A DNA stretch of 61,745 nucleotides from Minisyncoccia bacterium. GTDB taxonomy: Bacteria > Patescibacteriota > Minisyncoccia > Phycocordibacterales > UBA918. Positions within the stretch are counted from its first letter, which is position 1. The number at the start of each line of letters is the position of its first letter. Positions 53,630 to 61,732 of this stretch are shown here, in pieces. A model generated the notes under the pieces. It worked only from the letters and a program-made list of their open reading frames with translations, was not told the origin of the DNA and searched no databases. The position numbers and the translations under genes are program-made. The stretch covers positions 1 to 61,745 of the forward strand of contig JBGSPE010000006.1 in NCBI GenBank assembly GCA_041738755.1. The letters are read 5' to 3'.

Positions 53630-53785
53630 TTATCCTGGAGTTGCTTGAATTCTGTCTGCAATTGTGCGCAAAACTTCAGGGCGACTATCACCAAACCTTT
53701 TCTCTGCTTGCAGTTCATCGGCAAGCTCACGAAGAACTTTAACTTCCTCTTCTTTTGTTACAGGATGTGCTGCCAAGTTTCTCAT
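53630..53785 (-). CDS. Small 51-aa hypothetical protein (too short for the ORF track)
   Basis: GGAG lies 7 nt upstream of the ATG. Translation MRNLAAHPVTKEEEVKVLRELADELQAEKRFGDSRPEVLRTIADRIQATPG. Confidence 0.3.
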   Translation of the reverse strand: MRNLAAHPVTKEEEVKVLRELADELQAEKRFGDSRPEVLRTIADRIQATPG

Positions 53786-54024
53786 GTTCGATCTCCAGAA
53801 ATAGCACCAAAACTAGTACTAAAGATATATTAAATAAATTTTGTTTTAAGTCAATTTAGACGTTAATTTAAGAATACTTTATGTATTAACATCCGTATCA
53901 TGTGTTTGACCCTACAAGCAGGGGATTTCAGCAAGTTCCAGAAAATTAGTGTGACTTTACAATAGGAAAAAAATATATATAGTCACGTCAGAAAAGCATA
54001 TAAATTGGCAAAAAGGAAAATCAG

Positions 54025-54405
54025 ATGCCTTTAACTGAAGAAGAAATTGCCACAAAGTGTGTCTCACAAGAAAGACTTTTTGAGATTTTGAAAGCCGAAG
54101 GAGTAACAATAACCAAATGCAGCGTTAGCAAAAACTCAGTTGGAGAATTCTTGTTTATTCGTGCAAAATGGGAGCACAATCCTGAATTTTATATGCTTTG
54201 TACTGGGTGTGGAGATTATCACATAGGACCCTATCCCGGACTAAGTTTTTTCGGTATGGGATTTGATGAAAATGAGAACGTCTTTTTCGAGAGCGAGTGG
54301 CGTTTCCATGGCGCAACTCTGCCAGTAATTGATACCGGCATGTCTGTACCATTTGAAGAGGTCGTCCAAGAGATCGAGAAGAGAAGACCAATTTTACAGT
54401 CATGA
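54025..54405 (+). CDS. Hypothetical protein
   Basis: 126-aa ORF followed by a 12-bp-stem hairpin. Confidence 0.5.
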   Translation: MPLTEEEIATKCVSQERLFEILKAEGVTITKCSVSKNSVGEFLFIRAKWEHNPEFYMLCTGCGDYHIGPYPGLSFFGMGFDENENVFFESEWRFHGATLPVIDTGMSVPFEEVVQEIEKRRPILQS

Positions 54406-54410
54406 TCCTC

Positions 54411-54450
54411 GAAGCCAGCGAACGTTTCGCTGGCTTCATTTATATATTTT
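54411..54450 (+). terminator. Rho-independent terminator
   Basis: GAAGCCAGCGAA-cgt-TTCGCTGGCTTC followed by an AT/T-rich tail. Confidence 0.65.
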
Positions 54451-54454
54451 ACGC

Positions 54455-54482
54455 GTGACCCAAATGGGACAAAGTTGGAACC
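54455..54482 (+). repeat. Possible cassette-boundary repeat R4: the ends are conserved (GTGAC-N16-TGGAACC) but the middle differs
   Basis: GTGACCCAAATGGGACAAAGTTGGAACC. Same 16-nt spacing as R1. Confidence 0.4.
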
Positions 54483-54534
54483 AGTTGGTGAAGGAAATGA
54501 AAATGTGGGAAGAATTTGGGAGATTAACAGAAAA

Positions 54535-54873
54535 TTAAATCTGGTCTAAATCTTTTAGAATCATCTCTTCAGATTCATGAGTCTTCCACAATTCAATGTA
54601 TGAAAGGTCGTCTTTAGATAAGTGTTTACCCCCACCAAGTCCTATTAAAGATTTAGCCATTGTCCACCTTGCATAGTATTGTTCACCGCAATTTTCTATT
54701 GAAAAACGTATTACTTCAGAGACTAAATCTGGTCGTTTTTGTAGTAATTTATTTAACTCAGTCGAACAATAAATCATCTGAATTGGCATTGGCGTCATTG
54801 TTACGCCAATGCCTGAAGCCATTAATTTTAGATGGTCTAGTTTCTGTTCTATATCCAAATCAGTTTCACTCAT
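54535..54873 (-). CDS. Hypothetical protein
   Basis: 112-aa ORF; no motifs. Confidence 0.5.
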   Translation of the reverse strand: MSETDLDIEQKLDHLKLMASGIGVTMTPMPIQMIYCSTELNKLLQKRPDLVSEVIRFSIENCGEQYYARWTMAKSLIGLGGGKHLSKDDLSYIELWKTHESEEMILKDLDQI

Positions 54874-54951
54874 GGGATAAGCATAACAAAAGTTCCAAGT
54901 ATTTCCTTAGGTGTTAAAAAATTCCCATGTAAATTAACATCAAATGTCGCT

Positions 54952-54974
54952 GTGAGCCTAATCGTGATGGAACC
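54952..54974 (+). repeat. Weak cassette-boundary-like repeat R5 (GTGAG-N11-TGGAACC)
   Basis: GTGAGCCTAATCGTGATGGAACC. The spacing differs. Confidence 0.25.
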
Positions 54975-55046
54975 AAAGAAATTCATTGCCCAGTAAGGCT
55001 TTCGTAGCTATTCATTACAAAACACCCTCGACGCTTCTCGAGAGAG

Positions 55047-55406
55047 TTATTTATGCTCTGGACAGCCACCTTTTGTATATTCCTCATACTGAGCATAAGA
55101 CATCGACGCCGCTCCTTGGATGTGTTGTTCAATCAAAGCTAGGTCTTTGGGGTCAAGTTTAAGTTTGTTTGATTTTTCGTACGGACCCCACTCGTACATT
55201 TTCTCAATCAAATGAGCTATGAAATAGGACTTTTTATTATCGTATTGTTTACTCAATTCGATATTGCATGTGTGGTCGTTATCGTGTGTCAAAACAACAG
55301 CTAATGGTGCATCAGATGGTCCGTCAATAAACACAATAGGGTGCCACGCTTCTTTACGACCTCGTTCTGTACCCCATAAAATGTCTCCTCGCTTAAATTT
55401 TTTCAT
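55047..55406 (-). CDS. Possible PemK/MazF-like (SH3-fold toxin-like) protein
   Basis: N-terminus KRGDILWGTERGRKEAWHPIVFI resembles the RGDI...RP.V signature of PemK/MazF toxins. Weak assignment. Confidence 0.4.
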   Translation of the reverse strand: MKKFKRGDILWGTERGRKEAWHPIVFIDGPSDAPLAVVLTHDNDHTCNIELSKQYDNKKSYFIAHLIEKMYEWGPYEKSNKLKLDPKDLALIEQHIQGAASMSYAQYEEYTKGGCPEHK

Positions 55407-55444
55407 AATTGTATTTTACAAAAAGTGACAAAAGTGACACTTTT

Positions 55445-55924
55445 TTACCCAATTTTGTTATGACTAAAAAAGAGCTTGCCTAGTAGAAATTCAAAAACCA
55501 AAACCATTATGAAAAGTAAAGGTGACCAAAATATCGTTGCCATAGCTATAAAGAAAATAACAAAAGGAAGACCAGATATAACATCTTGATAAAGTCCTAT
55601 GCTTATATAAAACGGAACAAAAGCACTGAGGTTAATCCAAATACCCCAGTTAAGGATGTTGCCTTTTAGTCGGTTAATTACACCCTTAGACGCTTCGATA
55701 TAGATATATATGGAAATATATACCGCTACAATTATTCCCCAAACAAGTATGGTTTTGTCCTCTTGCAGGTTTTCTGTGCCGAGTGCAGATAATATGGTTG
55801 GAGTAAATAAGATAAGACCAATCAGCATTTGAAGACGTCTTTCCATTCTGGAAACATCAACAGAATCCATATAATCATTATGGAGTGATTCGAGCTTCTT
55901 ATATGTTAGTTTAATAAATTTCAT
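55445..55924 (-). CDS. Hypothetical 4-TM membrane protein (operon gene 4)
   Basis: Four hydrophobic segments. Its ATG overlaps the upstream stop (ATGA). Confidence 0.6.
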   Translation of the reverse strand: MKFIKLTYKKLESLHNDYMDSVDVSRMERRLQMLIGLILFTPTILSALGTENLQEDKTILVWGIIVAVYISIYIYIEASKGVINRLKGNILNWGIWINLSAFVPFYISIGLYQDVISGLPFVIFFIAMATIFWSPLLFIMVLVFEFLLGKLFFSHNKIG

Positions 55925-57000
55925 TTCTTTTTGGAGACTAATTTGAGCAAATCCTCCTCACGGTCATAACCATGCAGTCTACCCTCAAGCATTCCTAGTC
56001 TATAAGATACTCCATCCGTAACAAGACGCCAGTTAGTCTCTTTTAGGGCTTTTCTGAGTAAACATTCAAGCTCGTAGGTACTTGCTCGACCTTCTCGGTC
56101 TGACTTCTGCTCATAGACTATAAACGGTAAAAAGACATCTTTGGTTACATCGGGTTCTTTAAACTGGAGTTTGATATAGCCAGCTTTCTCAAGTAGTGGA
56201 ACGAGGTACTCCTCTAGTTCTAGAATCTTTAATTTCTTTAGTTTAGCGACTGCATCATAGAGGTCTTTATTTTTCTCTTTTTCTTTTATCTCATCAAACA
56301 GATGACCCATTCGCATTATTTGTTCAGTTGATCGAATGTACTCCTGTCCATCTTTTTCAGATAGACAGAACTCTTGACGGTCTTTAGCAAAATGTGGGTC
56401 TTCAACTTCTTCTGGTTTAGAACCGAAGTCAAAATCTTCAATGTTCGTGTAATCACAAGACGAACATGTTTGCTCAATAACAATCTTTTCAGTTTCTTTT
56501 TGACGTACCTCCTTTAATTCTGAGTGGCACTTTGGGCAAGTAGGTGTTTTATGTTGAAACTCTTCACCAGTGTTAAAGAACGCCCTGCGAGGGAGGTGGT
56601 CTAGCGGACAATCATAGAAAAAGAGAACGGTATCATCATCGTTCATTCCGATATTTAAATGCTTTGAGCTAACAAACATCAATCTTCCACAAGTGTGACA
56701 AGTAATGTCTTCTGGCGGTTCAGCTTCTTCTAAAAGTCTGTCTCTGGCTTCATCTGACTGGATCCAGCGTTTGATAGTTTCTTCTCGGTGAACGTAACGG
56801 TCGCCTTTGGTGTAGTAGATGTGTAGGTTTTTAGTAACCACCAAAGCACGAATCATTTCTGACTCTTCAATGTCTTTACCCTTAGCTTCTTTTCTATATT
56901 TCTCAATATCGACTTCTTCAGATAATAAACCACGACAGATTTCCACCGTCCGACGGTCATACTGGTCTTCGTAGTACTGTTTAGACTTTAAGTTGCTCAT
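55921..57000 (-). CDS. Hypothetical double zinc-ribbon protein (operon gene 3)
   Basis: CHTC...C...H and CPKC-N21-CSSC. I cannot assign the C-terminal domain. Confidence 0.6.
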   Translation of the reverse strand: MSNLKSKQYYEDQYDRRTVEICRGLLSEEVDIEKYRKEAKGKDIEESEMIRALVVTKNLHIYYTKGDRYVHREETIKRWIQSDEARDRLLEEAEPPEDITCHTCGRLMFVSSKHLNIGMNDDDTVLFFYDCPLDHLPRRAFFNTGEEFQHKTPTCPKCHSELKEVRQKETEKIVIEQTCSSCDYTNIEDFDFGSKPEEVEDPHFAKDRQEFCLSEKDGQEYIRSTEQIMRMGHLFDEIKEKEKNKDLYDAVAKLKKLKILELEEYLVPLLEKAGYIKLQFKEPDVTKDVFLPFIVYEQKSDREGRASTYELECLLRKALKETNWRLVTDGVSYRLGMLEGRLHGYDREEDLLKLVSKKK

Positions 57001-57706
57001 GTTCAGTTTTTCTTACAAACTTCTGACGTCTAATATTCTGTTCGTATCTTGCATACCATGATAGAGCGTAAAGAAAAGGCAGAAGTAATATCGATAGGTA
57101 GATTGGAAGAATGAGCTCATGGATGGTAGAGGTGCTTGCAAGCGATTCAATGTCCTCGACAGCTCTGCTGATACAGAAGATAAAAATTGCAATACCAAAC
57201 ACAATCTGTACACGGTTTAAAAATGTGTACAATATTTTGTATTCGTCTTTTGTACCCGAGAAGAACGTCAGTAGACTTAACGTGATAGCCAATGGAACAA
57301 GAATCAACTCAATCCATAAAGGAAATGTGTAAAAGTTAACAAAGAAAGCAATCAAGATTGTAATATTCAAAACTTCTCTAAAGACTTTAAACAGATATCC
57401 TTTCTCTTGGTGTAGCTTTCCAGAGTTTATGAAGGCAATTATCGACCAGCCGAATACCCAGTATATTGTCGTTTTTGTAAGGCCGGTGTTCCAAATGGAA
57501 AGCTCGTATAGAATTAATAATGTGATAGCGATGTATAGGAAAAGTAGAAAGAAAAATTTTCCTAAAGGCACTATTGATTTTAAGAATGCCCAGATGCTTG
57601 AACGAACATCTTTCTTTGTAAGAATCCATGCTGAAAAAACGGCGACCCAAAAGATGGTCGCCAGCTCTCTCGTTGTAAAAATTGTGTAAAGCAGAGACAC
57701 AGACAT
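56981..57706 (-). CDS. Hypothetical polytopic (about 7 TM) membrane protein (operon gene 2)
   Basis: Seven hydrophobic segments. Starts 5 nt after the gene 1 stop and overlaps gene 3 by 20 nt. Confidence 0.6.
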   Translation of the reverse strand: MSVSLLYTIFTTRELATIFWVAVFSAWILTKKDVRSSIWAFLKSIVPLGKFFFLLFLYIAITLLILYELSIWNTGLTKTTIYWVFGWSIIAFINSGKLHQEKGYLFKVFREVLNITILIAFFVNFYTFPLWIELILVPLAITLSLLTFFSGTKDEYKILYTFLNRVQIVFGIAIFIFCISRAVEDIESLASTSTIHELILPIYLSILLLPFLYALSWYARYEQNIRRQKFVRKTEHEQLKV

Positions 57707-57711
57707 ATCTG

Positions 57712-59190
57712 TTATTTTGCTTTACTAGCGGATTCTTTAGGTCTGCCATCAATCACAATTAATTCAGGATGTTTCGTTTCATCTTTGTCTTCTTGTTCGG
57801 CTTGTTTGATAATGTCGTCTAGTGCCTTAGAAGTATCTGTTACCTGTAAAACTACAAAGAATGCGTGTTGTGCATCCTCCGAGGTTTGGTAAATACCAGT
57901 TTGTCTCTCATAACCTTGTCGAACATTCCCACTTGTGAGTTTTACCTCAACTACAACTTTCGAAGTCCCTCGACTTAGTTTGAAGTCTACAGGTCCCTGT
58001 CCAGCATTGCTTTGTGGGCTAATATCTATATTTGAATCAGCACAGTATTTAAGAGCCATCGCATAGAAAAGAAGACAAGCATGCTCTTCATGCAGTCTAT
58101 TACCTTTACTATCGTATAGGCCACGCCAGCCACCTCGTGTTTCAATAAAACGTTTAAACGCAGAGACGATTGCACTGACAACATCGACAACCTCTGTTTC
58201 AGTAGATACTACCTTTGGAATTGTAAGCGGAATCTCTCTGACAGCTTCAGTCGATTCATCAAGCCATCGCTGTCGCCCTGCGGGGTCATTTTCAAAGTCG
58301 TAATGTTGTGGATGTGCAGATTTGTAGCCACGGAGAAGAACATCGATTCTTTCGGGATTTTCAAAGAGATAGCTTTTAATATCACCCTTAGTAGGTCTTT
58401 TTGTTCTAGCCAAAATCGGTGCAAGGATTCGGTTAAATTTTTCTCGCAACTCATCGTTGTAGGAAGCTACATCGGGAATATCTTCTGGTGTAAGTGCAAT
58501 TGGGATGTCTCGCAAAAGCGATTGAGGTACTAGCACTAGCGGCTTACTGCCAGAAGGGTGTTCTGGTAACAAAAATGTTTGTCGGGTACGGAGTGTTACT
58601 ACTTCTCGAGTACATGGAATTTTCAGTTCGACCGCTACACGTGCTGTGTAAGAATAGATACTGTCTTGGAGGATGTTAATTACTGCGTCACTAATACGGT
58701 CAGGACCAAAATCCTCTTCAAACAGTCCCATCAAATGGAATATTGCTGGGTCATTAAACCCCATTTGTAGTAGCTGTTGGGCAGATGTCACTAGTCGTCC
58801 TGCAAGTTTTTTACCAATAGCTGAACCATCATCGGTGCGAGCTCCATATCCGATTCCAACACCTCTGATTTCTCGAAGTGTCATAAGCCTTCGTGCTCGC
58901 ATTACTCCACGGACATGATTTGTTGCAATTAGAGTAATGACGTCAGCAAAGAATCTATCAAGGGTTGCTTTTGCTTCTGCAAATTCAGGAATTGTTGTTT
59001 CCTCTAAGAGTGTCGGGTCAAGAAAGAACGGTCTGTCGACTCCAATTATGGCGTTGAATGCACCAGTATTATCAAATGTGTCTTGATCAACCTTGAAATA
59101 TTCGTTTATTCGGGAAATCTGTTCGGGGTTCATGTAAATGAAGTATGAACCGATTATAAAAATATTCAAGATATTAGCCAATTTCGACAC
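57712..59190 (-). CDS. Protein with a C-terminal PD-(D/E)xK (RecB/Cas4-like) nuclease domain and an unassigned N-terminal region (operon gene 1)
   Basis: HEEH...GPVDFKL...VVVEVKL...QTGIY gives the E / D / ExK / QxxxY motifs. The GTG start is preceded by AGAGG. Confidence 0.65.
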   Translation of the reverse strand: MSKLANILNIFIIGSYFIYMNPEQISRINEYFKVDQDTFDNTGAFNAIIGVDRPFFLDPTLLEETTIPEFAEAKATLDRFFADVITLIATNHVRGVMRARRLMTLREIRGVGIGYGARTDDGSAIGKKLAGRLVTSAQQLLQMGFNDPAIFHLMGLFEEDFGPDRISDAVINILQDSIYSYTARVAVELKIPCTREVVTLRTRQTFLLPEHPSGSKPLVLVPQSLLRDIPIALTPEDIPDVASYNDELREKFNRILAPILARTKRPTKGDIKSYLFENPERIDVLLRGYKSAHPQHYDFENDPAGRQRWLDESTEAVREIPLTIPKVVSTETEVVDVVSAIVSAFKRFIETRGGWRGLYDSKGNRLHEEHACLLFYAMALKYCADSNIDISPQSNAGQGPVDFKLSRGTSKVVVEVKLTSGNVRQGYERQTGIYQTSEDAQHAFFVVLQVTDTSKALDDIIKQAEQEDKDETKHPELIVIDGRPKESASKAK

Positions 59191-59353
59191 CTAACCTCTC
59201 AATATTCCATATTCTTCCTATCGAAAACGTGTTGAAATCAACGATTTTAAACGATATCCACAGTCGCTTGGCTGAGAATTTTGCCTTATTTCATAAGGTG
59301 TTTTAGTCTGGATATACAAACGAATAACCCGAGTGGGTAACCAGCTTAAATGT

Positions 59354-59400
59354 GGGCTCACGCACAAACCAACCATTGTTGGCGTGCGTGAGCCCTTTTT
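59354..59400 (+). terminator. Strong plus-strand intrinsic terminator / attenuator hairpin
   Basis: GGGCTCACGCAC (59354-59365) pairs with GTGCGTGAGCCC (59384-59395). There is an inner CCAAC/GTTGG stem, then TTTTT. It lies 29 nt upstream of the ATG at 59430. Confidence 0.7.
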
Positions 59401-59429
59401 CGTTTGTTTAATCAAATAAGCAAATAATC

Positions 59430-59711
59430 ATGAAAAACCAAAAGATTAGAGACCATTTCTTTGCACACACACAAGAAGTCATCGAATACTACGCAGACAT
59501 CAAGACTAAGGAGGTTAGTCCTGAAGAGAAAGAAGCTCTAAAGGCACTACTCATCGACCACGCAACCTCATGTCTCTTTTCGCTCCTCGTATACATCGAT
59601 GGCGATGCGGAAGGAAAGAACATCGAAATCGTTAACGTCAAAACTAACAAACCAATTGCCGAGGACATTCTCCACGAATGCTACACAAATTATCTACTCT
59701 CAATTAAATAA
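59430..59711 (+). CDS. Hypothetical protein
   Basis: 93-aa ORF immediately upstream of the ParB-MTase gene. Confidence 0.5.
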   Translation: MKNQKIRDHFFAHTQEVIEYYADIKTKEVSPEEKEALKALLIDHATSCLFSLLVYIDGDAEGKNIEIVNVKTNKPIAEDILHECYTNYLLSIK

Positions 59712-59714
59712 CCT

Positions 59715-60998
59715 ATGAACAACATACAACTCATATGGCACACCGAGTCTCGAAAAGTAGACTCACTCCTGCCACACAAGAAATCACCACGAAAGATTAG
59801 CAAAGAGCAAGCCGAGCGTTTGAAGAAAAGCTTGGAGAACTACGGCTTGGTAGAAATCGCAGCGATAGACCTAGACGGAACAATCCTCGCAGGACACCAA
59901 AGAATGAAAGCTCTCCAACTCATGGGACAAGGAGACACGATGGTGGACGTCCGAGTACCCAACCGCAAACTCACTGATGAAGAAGCAGAGCGATACATGA
60001 TTGGAAGCAACGCCATTCACGGCGAGTGGGACTTTGACCTCCTCAAGGGTTTTGAGATGGATTTGCTCATAGATCTAGGCTTTGACCAGAAAGAGCTAGA
60101 CGACATCTGGAACAAAGAGCTGAAGAAAGAGTTTGATGTTGAGAAGGAACTAAAGGAAATCAAGAAAGCCAAGACCAAACTCGGAGACATCATTCATCTT
60201 GGTGACAACCGACTTATCTGTGGCGACTCCACCAAGGCAGAAACTCTCGAACGACTCTTCGGCGATGAACGTGCGTCTATGATTATGAGTGACCCGATCT
60301 ATAACATTTCCATTGACTACAACAAGGGCATTGGTGGAAAGCAGTCATACGGAGGTATGGTAAACGACAGCAAGACCGACGAGGAATACAAGACCTTCCT
60401 TAAGTCGAGCATGGAAGCCGCCCTCACCGTCACTAAACCCGATGCTCACGTCTTCTACTGGTCAGACGAAACATACATCTGGCTGATTCAAACCTTATAC
60501 CGTGAATTCGGTATCACCAATAAGCGAGTCTGCTTGTGGCTCAAGAACAGCCAGAATCCTGTTCCGAGCGTAGCGTTCAATAAGTGCTATGAGCCGTGTA
60601 CCTATGGTGTCCGTGGTAATCCGCAACTGGTGAAAGGTGTGACGAAGCTGAACGAAGTCCTTAATGCAGATATGACTACAGGTAACGAACTCCTCCAACA
60701 AGTCCACGACCTATTCACGGTCTGGCCTGAACCTCGTTTGTCTTCTAAAGACTACGAACACTCAACGATGAAACCACCAGCGTTATACGAGAAAGCGATA
60801 CGTCGCTGTTCTAAAGCGGGAGACATCATCCTTGATAGCTTCAACGGCTCAGGGAGCAATCTCATCGCTGCTCAAAGACTGGGCCGTCGAGTGTATGTCG
60901 TCGAGATAGAACCAAAGTTCTGTGACCTCACCATTAAACGCTTTGAAGCCGAAACAGGTCTCAAAGCCAAGGTAATAAGAAATGAAAAAGAAGTATAA
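59715..60998 (+). CDS. ParB-like nuclease domain fused to a beta-class N6-adenine/N4-cytosine DNA methyltransferase
   Basis: ParB-N motif DGTILAGHQRMKAL. MTase motif IV SDPIYN. AdoMet motif DSFNGSGSNLIAAQRLGR. Confidence 0.88.
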   Translation: MNNIQLIWHTESRKVDSLLPHKKSPRKISKEQAERLKKSLENYGLVEIAAIDLDGTILAGHQRMKALQLMGQGDTMVDVRVPNRKLTDEEAERYMIGSNAIHGEWDFDLLKGFEMDLLIDLGFDQKELDDIWNKELKKEFDVEKELKEIKKAKTKLGDIIHLGDNRLICGDSTKAETLERLFGDERASMIMSDPIYNISIDYNKGIGGKQSYGGMVNDSKTDEEYKTFLKSSMEAALTVTKPDAHVFYWSDETYIWLIQTLYREFGITNKRVCLWLKNSQNPVPSVAFNKCYEPCTYGVRGNPQLVKGVTKLNEVLNADMTTGNELLQQVHDLFTVWPEPRLSSKDYEHSTMKPPALYEKAIRRCSKAGDIILDSFNGSGSNLIAAQRLGRRVYVVEIEPKFCDLTIKRFEAETGLKAKVIRNEKEV

Positions 60999-61440
60999 AG
61001 AAGACAAATTTCTTGAACAACTGGAACGAGTGCCGAACGTATCGCTCGCTTGCGAAAAGGTCGGGCTTTCTCGAAACACCGTCTACCGATGGTGTATCGA
61101 GGATGCCGACTTTAAAGTGAGAATGGACATGGCACTTGAATCAGGGGTTCATTCCATAAGTGACCTTGCTGAGAGCAAGCTGATTTCCCATATCAATGGT
61201 GGCAACCTGCGAGCAATACAATACTGGCTTGATAACAACAAGAAAAACTACATCAGACCAAGAGACAAGAATATGTGGCAACCGTTTGTACCTGTGACCA
61301 AGATTGAGATTGTGGGGTTTGAGGGATTTACTGCAAAAAAGATAGAGGAGGAAGAACCTCATGTTCCAGAGGAGTTTATGAAGATAGATGAAAAACTTCT
61401 AAACGAACCACTTCCCGAACCGATTGAGAAACTCAAATAA
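60982..61440 (+). CDS. HTH DNA-binding protein, terminase-small-subunit-like (paralogous in architecture to 2955-3338)
   Basis: ACEKVGLSRNTVYRWCIEDADF...YWLDNNKKNY. Confidence 0.6.
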   Translation: MKKKYKEDKFLEQLERVPNVSLACEKVGLSRNTVYRWCIEDADFKVRMDMALESGVHSISDLAESKLISHINGGNLRAIQYWLDNNKKNYIRPRDKNMWQPFVPVTKIEIVGFEGFTAKKIEEEEPHVPEEFMKIDEKLLNEPLPEPIEKLK

Positions 61441-61732
61441 AAATGCGTTGTCCAATCTCTGCGACATCCTCAAGAAATAACTGCTTGTTCTTCTTCATGC
61501 GGTAACTATTGGGATGACCAATTGAAAAGACTTTGCTGTATTCTGGAAACGCTAAACGAAAGAGTGATTCCGTATTCTTTCCAATACAGAATATGGGCGT
61601 TGTGAGGGTAATTCCCAAAATAGCGAACTGCTCTTTAAGATTCTGAATATGCAAACCTCGGAAGCTTTCATCTTTCCACTTTTCAACCACTACCTTGGCA
61701 CTCGGCTCACCAATTGAAATCAGGTCAGTCAT
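61433..61732 (-). CDS. Hypothetical protein (possibly N-terminally incomplete at the window edge)
   Basis: ORF only. Confidence 0.35.
   Translation of the reverse strand: MTDLISIGEPSAKVVVEKWKDESFRGLHIQNLKEQFAILGITLTTPIFCIGKNTESLFRLAFPEYSKVFSIGHPNSYRMKKNKQLFLEDVAEIGQRIFI

Noticed and set aside
52208-54974. Interpreting the R repeats as integron attC sites, as ECF or sigma-54 promoters, or as tRNA 3'-end fragments
   Set aside because: For attC sites: there are no R''/R' (RYYYAAC/GTTRRRY) core pair, no conserved imperfect palindrome, and no integron integrase in the window.

For promoters: downstream of TGGAACC there is no conserved -10 element, and there is no TGGCAC-N5-TTGC.

For tRNA fragments: the resemblance to the tRNA end (GTAG..CGAAT..ACC) is too weak and cannot fold as a T-arm.
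59218-59415. 65-aa minus-strand ORF in the divergent intergenic region
   Set aside because: It runs straight through the 12-bp terminator hairpin, has no SD and has an odd composition. The region is more likely regulatory or an ncRNA.
61433-61732. Uracil-DNA-glycosylase-like call for the last ORF (IGEPS... and ...IGHPNSY motifs)
   Set aside because: The distance between the putative motifs A and B is far too short for a UDG fold. The resemblance is superficial, so I left it as hypothetical.
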